A DNA stretch of 64,000 nt from an uncultured Thermoanaerobaculia bacterium (lineage in GTDB: Bacteria; Acidobacteriota; Thermoanaerobaculia; Thermoanaerobaculales; Sulfomarinibacteraceae): positions 8,458 to 72,457 of the forward strand of contig CAYRFI010000006.1 in assembly GCA_964423595.1 (NCBI GenBank), in the 5' to 3' direction. The stretch's first letter is position 1; each line of letters opens with the position of its first letter. Positions 28,781-37,917 of this stretch are shown one piece after another. A program made the translations under genes and the position numbers. A model generated the notes under the pieces. It had not been told where the DNA came from and ran no database searches. It saw only the letters and a list, made by a program, of their open reading frames with translations.

Positions 28781-29677
28781 TTATTTCACCACTGGACGCC
28801 CTCGTGAACGCCCAAGGGTGCAACCTACATGTACATCCCAGCTTTCATCCAAGCCATCCAGCCCGACTCCCGCGGTCCCGGAGTCGGGGAAGATGGCGAA
28901 CGCGGCAGCGCCTGAACCCGTGACTGCCGCGCACAGCGGCCCCATCGCCTTCAACGCGGTCACGGCACGTCCGACCTCCGGCCAATGTTCGACCACCACC
29001 GCCTCGAGATCATTCCCCAGTTCCTGCCATGGCGGAACGACCGTTTCGGTCTCGTCCAAACCGGCCGCGAAGGCCTCTACATTAGCCTTCGACCCCCGCG
29101 AGGTCAACCTGGACCCGGCTGCGAAGCGGCCGTAGACGTCGGCTGTCGCGACCTCGATCGGCGGGGTACACACGACCACACCACAGTCGATGAGATCCGG
29201 AAGCGGTCGAATGATCTCGCCCCGTCCGGTCGCAAACGCCAAGCCACCGGTGAGGAAGAAGGGCACGTCCGAACCGATCTCAGCCGCGAGTTCTCCGAGC
29301 ACAGACGCCTCGAGGTGTGACCCCCACAATTCGTCGAGGAGAACAAGCGTTGCAGCGGCATCCGACGATCCACCGCCGAGACCCGCGCCAATCGGTATGC
29401 TCTTGGCAAGCTCGAGCCGAGCGCCTGCTTTGATTCCGGTGTGTCGCCGGAGGGTTTCGGCCGCACGGATGATCAGATTTTCACCGCCGGACGGCACGAC
29501 TCCGTCAGGCTCCACCTGCAGCTCGAGGACGCCCGGTGGAGCGACCGCGGCCCGTATCTCGTCGGTCAGATCGATTGTCTGGAGCAATGATTGGACTTCG
29601 TGATACCCATCGCTTCGTCGACCGAGAACCCGCAAATCAAGGTTGATCTTGGCCGGAGCGATGATCCTAGCCCGCAT
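28781..29677 (-). CDS. ispE: 4-diphosphocytidyl-2-C-methyl-D-erythritol kinase
   Basis: APAKINLDLRVLGRRSDGYHEVQSL, IPIGAGLGGGSSDAAA (GHMP ATP loop) and GSDVPFF. Confidence 0.9.
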   Translation of the reverse strand: MRARIIAPAKINLDLRVLGRRSDGYHEVQSLLQTIDLTDEIRAAVAPPGVLELQVEPDGVVPSGGENLIIRAAETLRRHTGIKAGARLELAKSIPIGAGLGGGSSDAAATLVLLDELWGSHLEASVLGELAAEIGSDVPFFLTGGLAFATGRGEIIRPLPDLIDCGVVVCTPPIEVATADVYGRFAAGSRLTSRGSKANVEAFAAGLDETETVVPPWQELGNDLEAVVVEHWPEVGRAVTALKAMGPLCAAVTGSGAAAFAIFPDSGTAGVGLDGLDESWDVHVGCTLGRSRGRPVVK

Positions 29678-30230
29678 ATTTCACCAACTTCCTGCTGCGG
29701 CCGGAAATTTGCAGCAATCTGCGGCGTTTGCTCCCGTCGGGGTCCTCCACGTACCGTCAAGTACGCGTCCGCGCCCCCTCGAGGCCCGGCCGGGGCCCCC
29801 AGCGTCGTCCTTTGCGTGCGTCATGGGTCCGGATTCAAGGCGCCGCGACGACGGCGATGTCCCTCCATCGCCGAGGAGCGGCAACGAAGAAGACGGGGTC
29901 ATGCCGCCGACAACCCGGCGTTGGAAGCGAGAGGTGGCCGTTGCCGGCAGTTGCCGGCGTACGGCCGCTCGCGTCCGGGGTCGGGCCACAAGCCGCGGAG
30001 CGGCGCCGTAACCCTTCGGGCCGACGGGGGCCGCGGCCAATCTCTGCGTTGCTGGTCGTCGACGATGCACGGGCATCGACTTCCTCCTCGCGCCTTGATC
30101 TCAACTCACGAGACCCATCGGCGGACGGCACTGGGGGACGCGGCCGGGCCTCTGGGTCGCAAACACCACATCTCACAACACCTTCCCGGCCTCGCGACAA
30201 AAGCTGCTGAGATATGCGGGCTGACGCTCA

Positions 30231-30974
30231 TCATTTGGGTTGAGCAGTACAGAGCGGCAGTTCAGGTGGCGACGGCAGTTCGGCGCCGTCATTCCATTCC
30301 AGCCGCACCAGCTCGAGCTCCGCCCATCGACCGTCGGCATTTTCGATCCGAAGGAAACCGGGAACCGAGAGGCTGTGATCGCTGAGCTTGAAGCGCCAGC
30401 CTTTGTCGTCGGCGTCAACCTGCTCGACCGACACCACCCGCCAGGGATCGGCAGCGACCGTGACCAGGGCCGCCCAGCGCAAGCCCTCGATCAGAATCTG
30501 GCCATTCTCGTGTGGGGTAACCCAATCGTCTTCGGTGGCCGGCAGTCTGCCGGCAAACAGTCGAACCGCCTGCGGCAACGGCATTGCCGCCACACCGAGC
30601 GCCTGCTCAAAATCCCTGGCTTGGATCTGACAGCCCTCCCGCAGATCGAAAAACGTCGGTTGGTGCGCGCCGGACCAGCAGGTCAGGGACACCGCCGCGC
30701 CAAACGGTTCGGACACCGTGAGCCGCCCATCCTCCCCGCTGGTCAGCAGCGACATTCTCAGACCGCCCGACGATGATATGCGCAGTCGATAGAGCGCCGC
30801 CGGATCCGCGGTCAGCGGCCGGTTCAGGTTTTCGATTGCTGCTACGGGATCGACGGGTACGGTTTCGGATGCCGTGGACTGGCATCCCGCAACACCGAGC
30901 GCAAGTACCGCCGGCATCACGATCCACAATACCGCGCGGGTCCCGTTGGAGGGAAAAATCTCCCGGCTAATCAT
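30231..30974 (-). CDS. LolB-like outer-membrane lipoprotein (candidate)
   Basis: MISREIF...VMPAVLALGVAGC is a signal plus lipobox. The segment LGVAAMPLPQAVRLFAGRLP resembles E. coli LolB LTGMPIPLNSLRQWILGLP (from memory). Its position upstream of ispE-prs matches the E. coli lolB-ispE-prs order. It overlaps the TPR gene stop by 8 nt. Confidence 0.5.
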   Translation of the reverse strand: MISREIFPSNGTRAVLWIVMPAVLALGVAGCQSTASETVPVDPVAAIENLNRPLTADPAALYRLRISSSGGLRMSLLTSGEDGRLTVSEPFGAAVSLTCWSGAHQPTFFDLREGCQIQARDFEQALGVAAMPLPQAVRLFAGRLPATEDDWVTPHENGQILIEGLRWAALVTVAADPWRVVSVEQVDADDKGWRFKLSDHSLSVPGFLRIENADGRWAELELVRLEWNDGAELPSPPELPLCTAQPK

Positions 30975-32868
30975 CTTCGGATCGTTCGAGCAGAGAGCGC
31001 ACATGGTCTGGGTTTTCACAGCCCATATCGAGTCCGAGCAGCAGATAGCGACGCGCCTCCACTCGCTCGCCTCCAACGAGGAGCACTTCGCCGAGGTGGC
31101 AGTAAATGGTTCCGTCCCCCAGGTTTCCTCCGAGATCGACCGCTCGGCGAAGCCAGCGTTCGGCCTCTGCGAGATCTCCGAGCCGGAAGTGGACCCAGCC
31201 CAGGCTGTCGAGGTAGGCCGAGTTCTCGGGGTCGAGCGACACCGCACGGGATATCAACTCCAGCGCCTGTTCGAGGTGCATCTGACGGTCCGCCCACATG
31301 TAGCCGAGATAGTTCGCGGCATTGGCATCGTCCGGCTCGGTGTCCACCAACTGTAGGAACAGCGCTTCCGACTCTTCAACCTGGTCGAGCCGCTCCAGAG
31401 CGGCCGCACGCGTGAAAACGAGGTCTCGTTCGTCGCCGAAGCGATTGATTGCAATTGCCGTCTCCTGGTCCACCTCCTGCCAACGCTCCAACGCCTGCAG
31501 CACCTCCAAACCTGTCAACACATTCTCCAGCCCATCGTCATCGAGCAGCGGCCGCAACCGGCGCCAAGCTCTCGGATCTCCCAATCTGAGACGGAATTCT
31601 GCCTCCATCGCTTCCGCTTCGGTCTGTGCCCTCCCTGCGAGGGACGGTTGGAGGCGCACAAGAGCAGCGATTCCGTCCTGCCACTGCTCGTCGCGTCGAA
31701 ACGTCTCCGCAAGCAGACGCACATAGTCCACCCCGACAACCCCGGCATCAGTCACGCGACCGAGCCATTCCCTGGCCACCAGCGGGTTGTCGGAAATCAA
31801 CTCAAGCCGGGCTGCGGTCGTTGCACAGCGGACCGCTTCGGGAGAATCGGGGCGGTCCTTGACGAGCTCCCACGCGCGGTCCAACCACTCGCGGCCCTTT
31901 TCATGATCGCCAGTGCGGCTCGAAGACCAGGCCATTGTCATTATCAGATCGAAATCTCTCGGATTCTTGCGGAGCAATCGCTGCAGGCGTGTGGCCGCTT
32001 CTTCGTAGCGCCCGAGCGACGAAAGGAGGTGAGCCTCCAAAGTCTGTGCGCGGGTCGAATCGGGTGCCCGGGCCAAGACACGCTGGACCGTCTCAAGGCT
32101 CAGCTCCAACCGATTGCCCTCCCACAGGAGGACAGCGGCACGCATCAGTGAATCGAGATCGATGTCATCCAGCCAGCCAAGCATCCGCTCACCGGCCTCG
32201 CCCGGGCGTCCGAGCTCGACCAACACCTCGACCAGCTTCTCTCGACAGGTCTGCGCAAAGGGTCCGCCCACCGCGCACGAAGTATACAACTCGACGGCTT
32301 CCTCGGAACGACCGGTCGCGTGCAACAGGTCGGCATGGAGAGTCTCGAGCCGCGGATTCCCCGGCCGGCCCTGCCTCAAACCGGCAACGACCGCCTCGGC
32401 CTCCGCGTATTTTTCCTGCCGCTGGAGGACCTGAGCGAGTGAGAAGAGGAGGTTCGGGTCGCTATCGCTGCTCTCAATCGCCAACCTCAAGGCGGCCTCT
32501 GTTTCGGGCAACAACTCCGGATTTCGTGTCGACAGCTGGGTTAACGCCAAAGCACGAACGCGAAGCCCCTCCGGACCAGGGTCCGGTGCTCCGTCGAGGA
32601 CCTCAACCGCCCGGTCGGCCATGCCGACATCGACGAGAAAACTGGCAAACGCGAGGCGGATCTCATTGACGTCGGGCGCTTCTTGCACTGCGGTGGCGTA
32701 CGCCTCAATGGCTTCCCGATAGCGACCGTTGGACTCCAGAATGCGAGCCTCGAGATAGCTCTCGAGCCCATCGGGTAGATCGCCGGTCTGGTCCTTCGGC
32801 AGACCTTCCCCGACTGCCAACATGGCGACCATCACGGTCGCTATCAGTACGAGAGTCGTTTTCAGCAT
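30967..32868 (-). CDS. Secreted/periplasmic TPR-repeat protein
   Basis: MLKTTLVLIATVMVAMLAVG signal, then many 34-aa TPR-like repeats (A-x3-Y/F-x2-A-x8-P pattern, e.g. GRYREAIEAYATAVQEAPD). Confidence 0.8.
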   Translation of the reverse strand: MLKTTLVLIATVMVAMLAVGEGLPKDQTGDLPDGLESYLEARILESNGRYREAIEAYATAVQEAPDVNEIRLAFASFLVDVGMADRAVEVLDGAPDPGPEGLRVRALALTQLSTRNPELLPETEAALRLAIESSDSDPNLLFSLAQVLQRQEKYAEAEAVVAGLRQGRPGNPRLETLHADLLHATGRSEEAVELYTSCAVGGPFAQTCREKLVEVLVELGRPGEAGERMLGWLDDIDLDSLMRAAVLLWEGNRLELSLETVQRVLARAPDSTRAQTLEAHLLSSLGRYEEAATRLQRLLRKNPRDFDLIMTMAWSSSRTGDHEKGREWLDRAWELVKDRPDSPEAVRCATTAARLELISDNPLVAREWLGRVTDAGVVGVDYVRLLAETFRRDEQWQDGIAALVRLQPSLAGRAQTEAEAMEAEFRLRLGDPRAWRRLRPLLDDDGLENVLTGLEVLQALERWQEVDQETAIAINRFGDERDLVFTRAAALERLDQVEESEALFLQLVDTEPDDANAANYLGYMWADRQMHLEQALELISRAVSLDPENSAYLDSLGWVHFRLGDLAEAERWLRRAVDLGGNLGDGTIYCHLGEVLLVGGERVEARRYLLLGLDMGCENPDHVRSLLERSEDD

Positions 32869-32999
32869 CCTTGTCCCTCGGCGAAGCCGCCCAATCGATC
32901 CTGCGGCCGTCGGTGCATCGCGTCTACGATGCATTCAATCACGAGTGTACCCTGTATTGTTCCCGCCGACTTTCGTGTTGTCTGTTAGAATCCCCGCCG

Positions 33000-34361
33000 A
33001 TGACGGAACCAGAACACTCCGGGTCGCTGTTTACTGACCAGACCTTCGACGACGTGGATCTTCCAGAACCGCTTCGGCGTGCTGTCGACGACCTCGGTTT
33101 TTCGAAGCTTACTCAGGTTCAGGCCGAGGTTTTTCCGATTTCACTCGCCGGTCGCGACGTCGTCGCTCAGGCACAGACCGGTTCCGGGAAGACCGCTGCG
33201 TACCTGTTGACGGTGTTTACCCATTTCTTGCGTGTTCCCCGGGAGACTCCGCCCGAAACACCGCGTGCCCTGATCGTCGCGCCAACCCGCGAACTCGCGG
33301 TGCAGATCGCGAACGACGCCGAGGGTCTCGGCCACTACGCCGGCATCCGCACACATGTCGTCTTCGGTGGGCTGGATTACCGCAAACAGCGCGAGATTCT
33401 TGAGCGTGGCACCGACCTCCTGATCGGAACCCCTGGTCGCCTCATTGATTACCATAAGAAGGGTTCGTACTCGTTGCGGAAAACCGAAATGGTGGTGATC
33501 GACGAATGTGACCGCCTTTTTGACATGGGCTTCGCCGAAGACCTGCGCTGGATTCTGCGGCGCATGCCGCACCCTACCGAACGGCAATCGATGATGTTCA
33601 CCGCCACCTTGTCGCAGCGAGTCATGACGCTAGGCTGGCGACAGATGAACGAACCTTCAGAGGTCGTGATCAACCCCGAACAGTTGACACCGGATTCCAT
33701 TCACCAGGTGCTCTACCACGTCGCCACCCGTGAGAAACTCTCTCTGCTCCTCGGTCTCCTCGAGCGCGAGGGGAGCTCGCGAATCATGATCTTCGTCAAC
33801 ACGAGGTTTCGGGCGCAACGATTGGTGGACGATCTGCGCCGCCACGGTTATTCGGCTCGCGGTCTGACGGGCAGCGTCGTGCAGACCAAAAGACTGCGGG
33901 TGCTCGACGAGTTCCGGGACGGTAAGCTCCCGATTCTGGTCGCAACGGACGTGGCAAGCCGCGGGCTCCACATCGAGGGCGTCACTCACGTCATCAATTA
34001 CGATCTCCCCCAGGACTCCGAGGACTACGTTCACCGCATCGGCCGCACAGCCCGAGTCGGCGCCGAAGGAAAGGCCATCACGCTCGCCTGCGAGGACTAC
34101 ATCTACTCCCTCGACGCCATTCAGCAATACGTCGGGTACGATCTGCCCACCGAGTTTGCCGACGACGGGCTTTTCGCCAAAGTGCGGCCGCGCGATCGCC
34201 GGCCCGCTCGCGCTGACTCTCGAAGCCCACGGCCCTCGCAATCCGGACCCAGTCAATCTCCCGGCGGTGACGGCGATTCAAAGCCCCGCAGGAGACGACG
34301 GCGGCGGCCGCGACGAAAAGGGGGCGGAGGGGGTGCCGATCAGGGAGAATCGAAAGGCTGA
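33000..34361 (+). CDS. DEAD-box ATP-dependent RNA helicase with Arg-rich tail
   Basis: Q-motif FSKLTQVQ, motif I AQTGSGKT, PTRELA, DECD (DEAD variant), TAT, and HRIGRTAR. The basic C-tail is RRRRRRPRRKGGGG. Confidence 0.9.
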   Translation: MTEPEHSGSLFTDQTFDDVDLPEPLRRAVDDLGFSKLTQVQAEVFPISLAGRDVVAQAQTGSGKTAAYLLTVFTHFLRVPRETPPETPRALIVAPTRELAVQIANDAEGLGHYAGIRTHVVFGGLDYRKQREILERGTDLLIGTPGRLIDYHKKGSYSLRKTEMVVIDECDRLFDMGFAEDLRWILRRMPHPTERQSMMFTATLSQRVMTLGWRQMNEPSEVVINPEQLTPDSIHQVLYHVATREKLSLLLGLLEREGSSRIMIFVNTRFRAQRLVDDLRRHGYSARGLTGSVVQTKRLRVLDEFRDGKLPILVATDVASRGLHIEGVTHVINYDLPQDSEDYVHRIGRTARVGAEGKAITLACEDYIYSLDAIQQYVGYDLPTEFADDGLFAKVRPRDRRPARADSRSPRPSQSGPSQSPGGDGDSKPRRRRRRRPRRKGGGGGADQGESKG

Positions 34362-34479
34362 AAGCTGTCAGCTGTCAGCCGTCAGTTTCCCACCGCCCAC
34401 CCCCTCGGGATCGTTTTGCGGAAACACGGGAAGGGAGGGTGGGTCTGATAGCTGAGAGCTGATTGCTGAGAGCTAAAAG
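34356..34479. repeat. H7 element, AGCTGTC word type, with both C-run and G-run cores
   Basis: Arm GGCTGAA-AGCTGTC-AGCTGTC-AGCCGTC, core CCCACCGCCCACCCCCTCGGG, an 18-nt loop, GGGAAGGGAGGGTGGG (four G3 runs), and arm CTGATAG-CTGAGAG-CTGATTG-CTGAGAG-CTAAAAG. It overlaps the helicase stop codon. Confidence 0.75.
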
Positions 34480-34497
34480 GGATACCGCCTGCCAGTC

Positions 34498-35550
34498 TCA
34501 ACGCCCTCCAAGATTGAGCGTAGGTGGGTCGTCGTCGGACCAGTCCGGAAGCAGCGGGCCTTCGATCGAGGGATCGCACCACACGACATCTCTGGGCGCA
34601 GCGCGCAAGTTGACAGTGGCCACCAGGACCCGGCTTTCCAGCTCGACGATCTGCAGATCACCACTCACCAATCCTGCGGCCACATGGCGACCGTCGGGCG
34701 AGGCGGCCAGTCGCAATGGAGCGGTGGCAAGCGCCACGCTCCACTCCTTCTTCAGCTGCAACCCCTCCTTCTTCTCGCGCTTGATCTTCCAGATCTCGAT
34801 CTCACCACCGCCGTCGGCTCGCTCAACCGCGGTCGCCAGCGTCGATCCATCCCCGGCAAAGACGAGGTCGACCGGCATTCCTTTTGTCGGGAATTCCGCC
34901 GCCGGGGTGAGCGTTGCAGGATCGACAACGATCACCTCATTCCCCTCGGCCTGCGCTAGAGCCATCACGCCAAGGGTCATAGAGACCGCGAAGTGGCGAA
35001 TATCTCCCCCGAGCGGTTGCCGATACACCAGCCGTCCGTCGCCGAGATTGACTGCAGTCATGCTCGCCCCACTGCCCGCATCGGGCGACCTTTCAAGCAC
35101 CAACAGCACGGTGTTATCCGCCAGAACGGCCACCTGCCACGGATGGTCGAAAGAGATTTCAAACCTATTCATGACGGCGCGGTCCGGATAGCTCATCACC
35201 AGCAGCTGCTTCGCTACCACCAGGTACCTGTCGGGAAAGGAACCGAAATGAGGCATCGTGACACCCGGAATGGGATCTCTGACACTCAGATTCCGAAGGT
35301 CGACGACGGTCGTCCGGCTATTGACGAGATCGGGGGCGAAGAGGATGCCGCCGGGGGCGGGGAAAAGCCACGCTACCGGCCCCGTGGGGATCGATCGCGA
35401 ATTCCCGGTCGTCGGATCGACCATGACTACCTCGTTGCCGGCCGACGCAGCCACGATCCCAACCGGGGGGTTGTTCTTCGCCGCGGTGACTGAGGAACAG
35501 AGGACCAGAACGAAGACCAGTACAGCAAGCGGTAACGTAAACTTCACCAT
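34498..35550 (-). CDS. Secreted beta-propeller-like repeat protein (unknown function)
   Basis: MVKFTLPLAVLVFVLVLCSSVTA signal. Repeated strand-rich ~40-aa units (e.g. VVMVDPTTG, VIVVDPATL, LQIVELESR) resemble YVTN/WD-like propellers. The tracked N-extension to 35766 overlaps the SulP gene and is rejected. Confidence 0.65.
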   Translation of the reverse strand: MVKFTLPLAVLVFVLVLCSSVTAAKNNPPVGIVAASAGNEVVMVDPTTGNSRSIPTGPVAWLFPAPGGILFAPDLVNSRTTVVDLRNLSVRDPIPGVTMPHFGSFPDRYLVVAKQLLVMSYPDRAVMNRFEISFDHPWQVAVLADNTVLLVLERSPDAGSGASMTAVNLGDGRLVYRQPLGGDIRHFAVSMTLGVMALAQAEGNEVIVVDPATLTPAAEFPTKGMPVDLVFAGDGSTLATAVERADGGGEIEIWKIKREKKEGLQLKKEWSVALATAPLRLAASPDGRHVAAGLVSGDLQIVELESRVLVATVNLRAAPRDVVWCDPSIEGPLLPDWSDDDPPTLNLGGR

Positions 35551-35570
35551 GATTTCACTCTCCAACAAAG

Positions 35571-37727
35571 TTAGTCGACCTCGAGGGGGCGACCACGCGC
35601 CATCCAGCTCAGCACCCCTCCTTTGAGGTTGAACACCTCTTCGAAACCCATGTCGACCAGCAGGCGCATGGCGCGGGTCGAACGTCGACCGGAGCGACTG
35701 ACCAAAAAGATGAGTCGATCGCGCGGCACGTCCTCGACCTTGGCCACCAGATCGCGAAGCGGCCACAGTCGAGAGTCCGCGAGGTGCCCTCGAGCGTATT
35801 CCTCCGGCTCGCGGACGTCGATCAGCAATGCGCGCTCGCCAGCCTCGACTACGGCATCTTCGAACTCAGTAACCGTGAGGTGTTTCATCGGGAAGCGGAG
35901 CCGACCCGTGGACGTCGGCAGACTGAGGTCGTAGGGATGTTTGAGCAATGGTTGACACTCGGCAAAAACACGGTGTTCGCACTCGTAACAACAAATAGCG
36001 GAGTCGATGATTTCGTTGAACAGAAAATTGATGGCGTGGTCCGGCTCGAGAAACCGATCGCTCCCCGCCATATGCTCGAAACCGGTCAGACGCATGAAAT
36101 CGCGCACGGCCGGCCGTACGTGGGTCAGGTAGAGATCGCCTCCAGAGCTGCGGTAGGTGCGCAGGACACCTTCGAGAACGTCGATGCCCGACAGGTCGCA
36201 GCGATCGACGCCGTGCATCCGCAACAGCAGCACGTTTTGCCCCGGGTTCGCCTCGAGGTTTGACAGCAGGGCGTCCTCGACGTGGGTCGCCGCACCGAAG
36301 AACAGAGAACCCTCGATTTTGACAACTGCGAGCTGCGGGCAGACGGGAGCATCGGGGTTAACAACAAACTGGTGGAAGCTGTCATCCGGAACTACGGACT
36401 CGACCGTCGGCATGCTCGACTGGTAAATGTAGATCGCGAGCGACAGGATGACCCCCGCGAGGACGGCGAACTCGAGTGGAAAGACAAGGGTTGCGACAAA
36501 GGTGGACAGCATGATTCCGGTATCGGCGCGCGAGGTGCGAACGATCCTGCGTACGCTCCGCCAATCGATCATCCGGTAGGCGATCAGGATGACCAGCCCC
36601 GCCAGACTGGCCCGCGGTAGGTAGGCGGCGAGGGGTCCGAAGGCGAGCACGCCGACGAGAATGAAAAGACCGCAGAACACGCTCGACATCTGGCTGCGGG
36701 CCCCGGACTGATAGTTGACCGCCGAACGTGTGAAGGAACCAGAGACCGCGTACCCGTTGAAAAACCCCGCGGCGAGGTTTGCCATCCCCTGGCCGATCAG
36801 CTCCTGATTCAGGTCGAGCTCTTCGCCGCTCTGGCGCGCGAGATCCCGCGCGATGGAGACAGCTTCGACCAGGCCGAAGGCCGCGATCGCCAGGGCGCCG
36901 GTCAGCAAAGGACCAGTTGCCACTCCTTCGACTCTCAACCCGAGTGAGAGATCGGTCAGGTGGGGCAGAGATCTCGGTATCTGACCCACCACCGCTACGC
37001 CGAGTCGTTCGACACCCAGCGCCGCCACAACGGCACCGGTCCCGACGAGCGCGAGCAGCGCCCCGGGCAGGCGCCGGGTGAATCCGTCGATTACGAGAAT
37101 CGCGAGGATCGTCACAACTCCGAGGACGAGGCTGGTGACGTGGATCTGATCGAGGTTTCGGATCACGTCCGACAGGGTTCGCCAGAGCTGTGGGCTCAGG
37201 GGAATGTTGATTCGGAAGAGGTTCTTGAGCTGGCCGACGGCAATCAGGACGCCAGCGCCGGCCATGAACCCGAGTAGTACCGCTCGTGACGCGAAGTTCA
37301 CGAGCATGCCGAGCCCGGCAAGACCGAAACTGATGCGAAAGATGCCGACCATCAAAGCCAGGGCGCTCGCTGCCACCAGGTACTCCGGGGTACCGATCGC
37401 AGCGAGTGGCGTCAAAATCGAGAGGACGAGGATCGAGACCGCGTTGGTCGGTCCGCTCGCAAGATACCGGGATGAACCCCACAACGCCCCGGCGATCGAC
37501 GCCATGACCGCCGAGTAGAGACCATAAGATGGCGGCAGGCCTGCGATCGCCGCGTACGCGATGCTTTGGGGGATGGCCAGCACGGCGACCGTCACACCGG
37601 CCACCAGGTCTGGACGGATGCGGCGCAGGCGATAGCCACGCACGATCTCCAACGGTCGTGCGAACGACCTGGCGTATCTGCTGAGGGATTCTCCCGGAGT
37701 CACTCGCAACATTCCGACCCCAAGCAT
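35571..37727 (-). CDS. SulP-family anion transporter fused to STAS and a C-terminal rhodanese-homology domain
   Basis: SulP core (PQSIAYAAIAGLPPSYGLYS, GMANLAAGFFNGYAVSGSFTRSAVN), STAS (LLRMHGVDRCDLSGIDVLEGVL), and a rhodanese-like end (LIDVREPEEYARGHL...FLVSRSGRRS...GGVLSW). Start ATG 37727 is chosen because codons 37728-37796 lie in a repeat. Confidence 0.9.
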   Translation of the reverse strand: MLGVGMLRVTPGESLSRYARSFARPLEIVRGYRLRRIRPDLVAGVTVAVLAIPQSIAYAAIAGLPPSYGLYSAVMASIAGALWGSSRYLASGPTNAVSILVLSILTPLAAIGTPEYLVAASALALMVGIFRISFGLAGLGMLVNFASRAVLLGFMAGAGVLIAVGQLKNLFRINIPLSPQLWRTLSDVIRNLDQIHVTSLVLGVVTILAILVIDGFTRRLPGALLALVGTGAVVAALGVERLGVAVVGQIPRSLPHLTDLSLGLRVEGVATGPLLTGALAIAAFGLVEAVSIARDLARQSGEELDLNQELIGQGMANLAAGFFNGYAVSGSFTRSAVNYQSGARSQMSSVFCGLFILVGVLAFGPLAAYLPRASLAGLVILIAYRMIDWRSVRRIVRTSRADTGIMLSTFVATLVFPLEFAVLAGVILSLAIYIYQSSMPTVESVVPDDSFHQFVVNPDAPVCPQLAVVKIEGSLFFGAATHVEDALLSNLEANPGQNVLLLRMHGVDRCDLSGIDVLEGVLRTYRSSGGDLYLTHVRPAVRDFMRLTGFEHMAGSDRFLEPDHAINFLFNEIIDSAICCYECEHRVFAECQPLLKHPYDLSLPTSTGRLRFPMKHLTVTEFEDAVVEAGERALLIDVREPEEYARGHLADSRLWPLRDLVAKVEDVPRDRLIFLVSRSGRRSTRAMRLLVDMGFEEVFNLKGGVLSWMARGRPLEVD

Positions 37728-37890
37728 AGCTGAATAGCCATTGGCTATTGGCTTTTGGCTTTCAGCCGTCAGCTTTCCGGTATCAGCCCTCGGCACTTGT
37801 TCATCGGCAGGGAGAGCTGACAGCTGATTGCCGAGAGCTTCGCGGGGTGGGTGGGGGCGCTAACGGCTAAAAGCGAAAGGCTCACAGCTT
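37728..37890. repeat. Composite H7 element(s), AGCTGNC word type
   Basis: A long left array (GCTGAAT-AGCCATT-GGCTATT-GGCTTTT-GGCTTTC-AGCCGTC-AGCTTTC...), then GAGAGCT-GACAGCT-GATTGCC-GAGAGCT, core CGCGGGGTGGGTGGGGGCG (37841-37859), then CTAACGG-CTAAAAG-CGAAAGG-CTCACAG. Lies in the divergent SulP/queG region. Confidence 0.7.
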
Positions 37891-37917
37891 GTAGGCGTCA
37901 CCCGCTGTGACTCGCCG

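Noticed and set aside
29678-30230. The 550-nt gap tested by eye for RNase P RNA, tmRNA, SRP RNA or a hidden CDS.
   Set aside because: It lacks GAGGAAAGTCCGGGC / ACAGAACCCGGCTTA-type RNase P blocks (only a loose GAGGAGGAAGTCGATGCCCG). It has no tRNA-like end or ...LAA tag frame for tmRNA, and no SRP GGAAG/AGCAGC core. The ORFs show no coding-type composition. It is kept only as an unexplained region.
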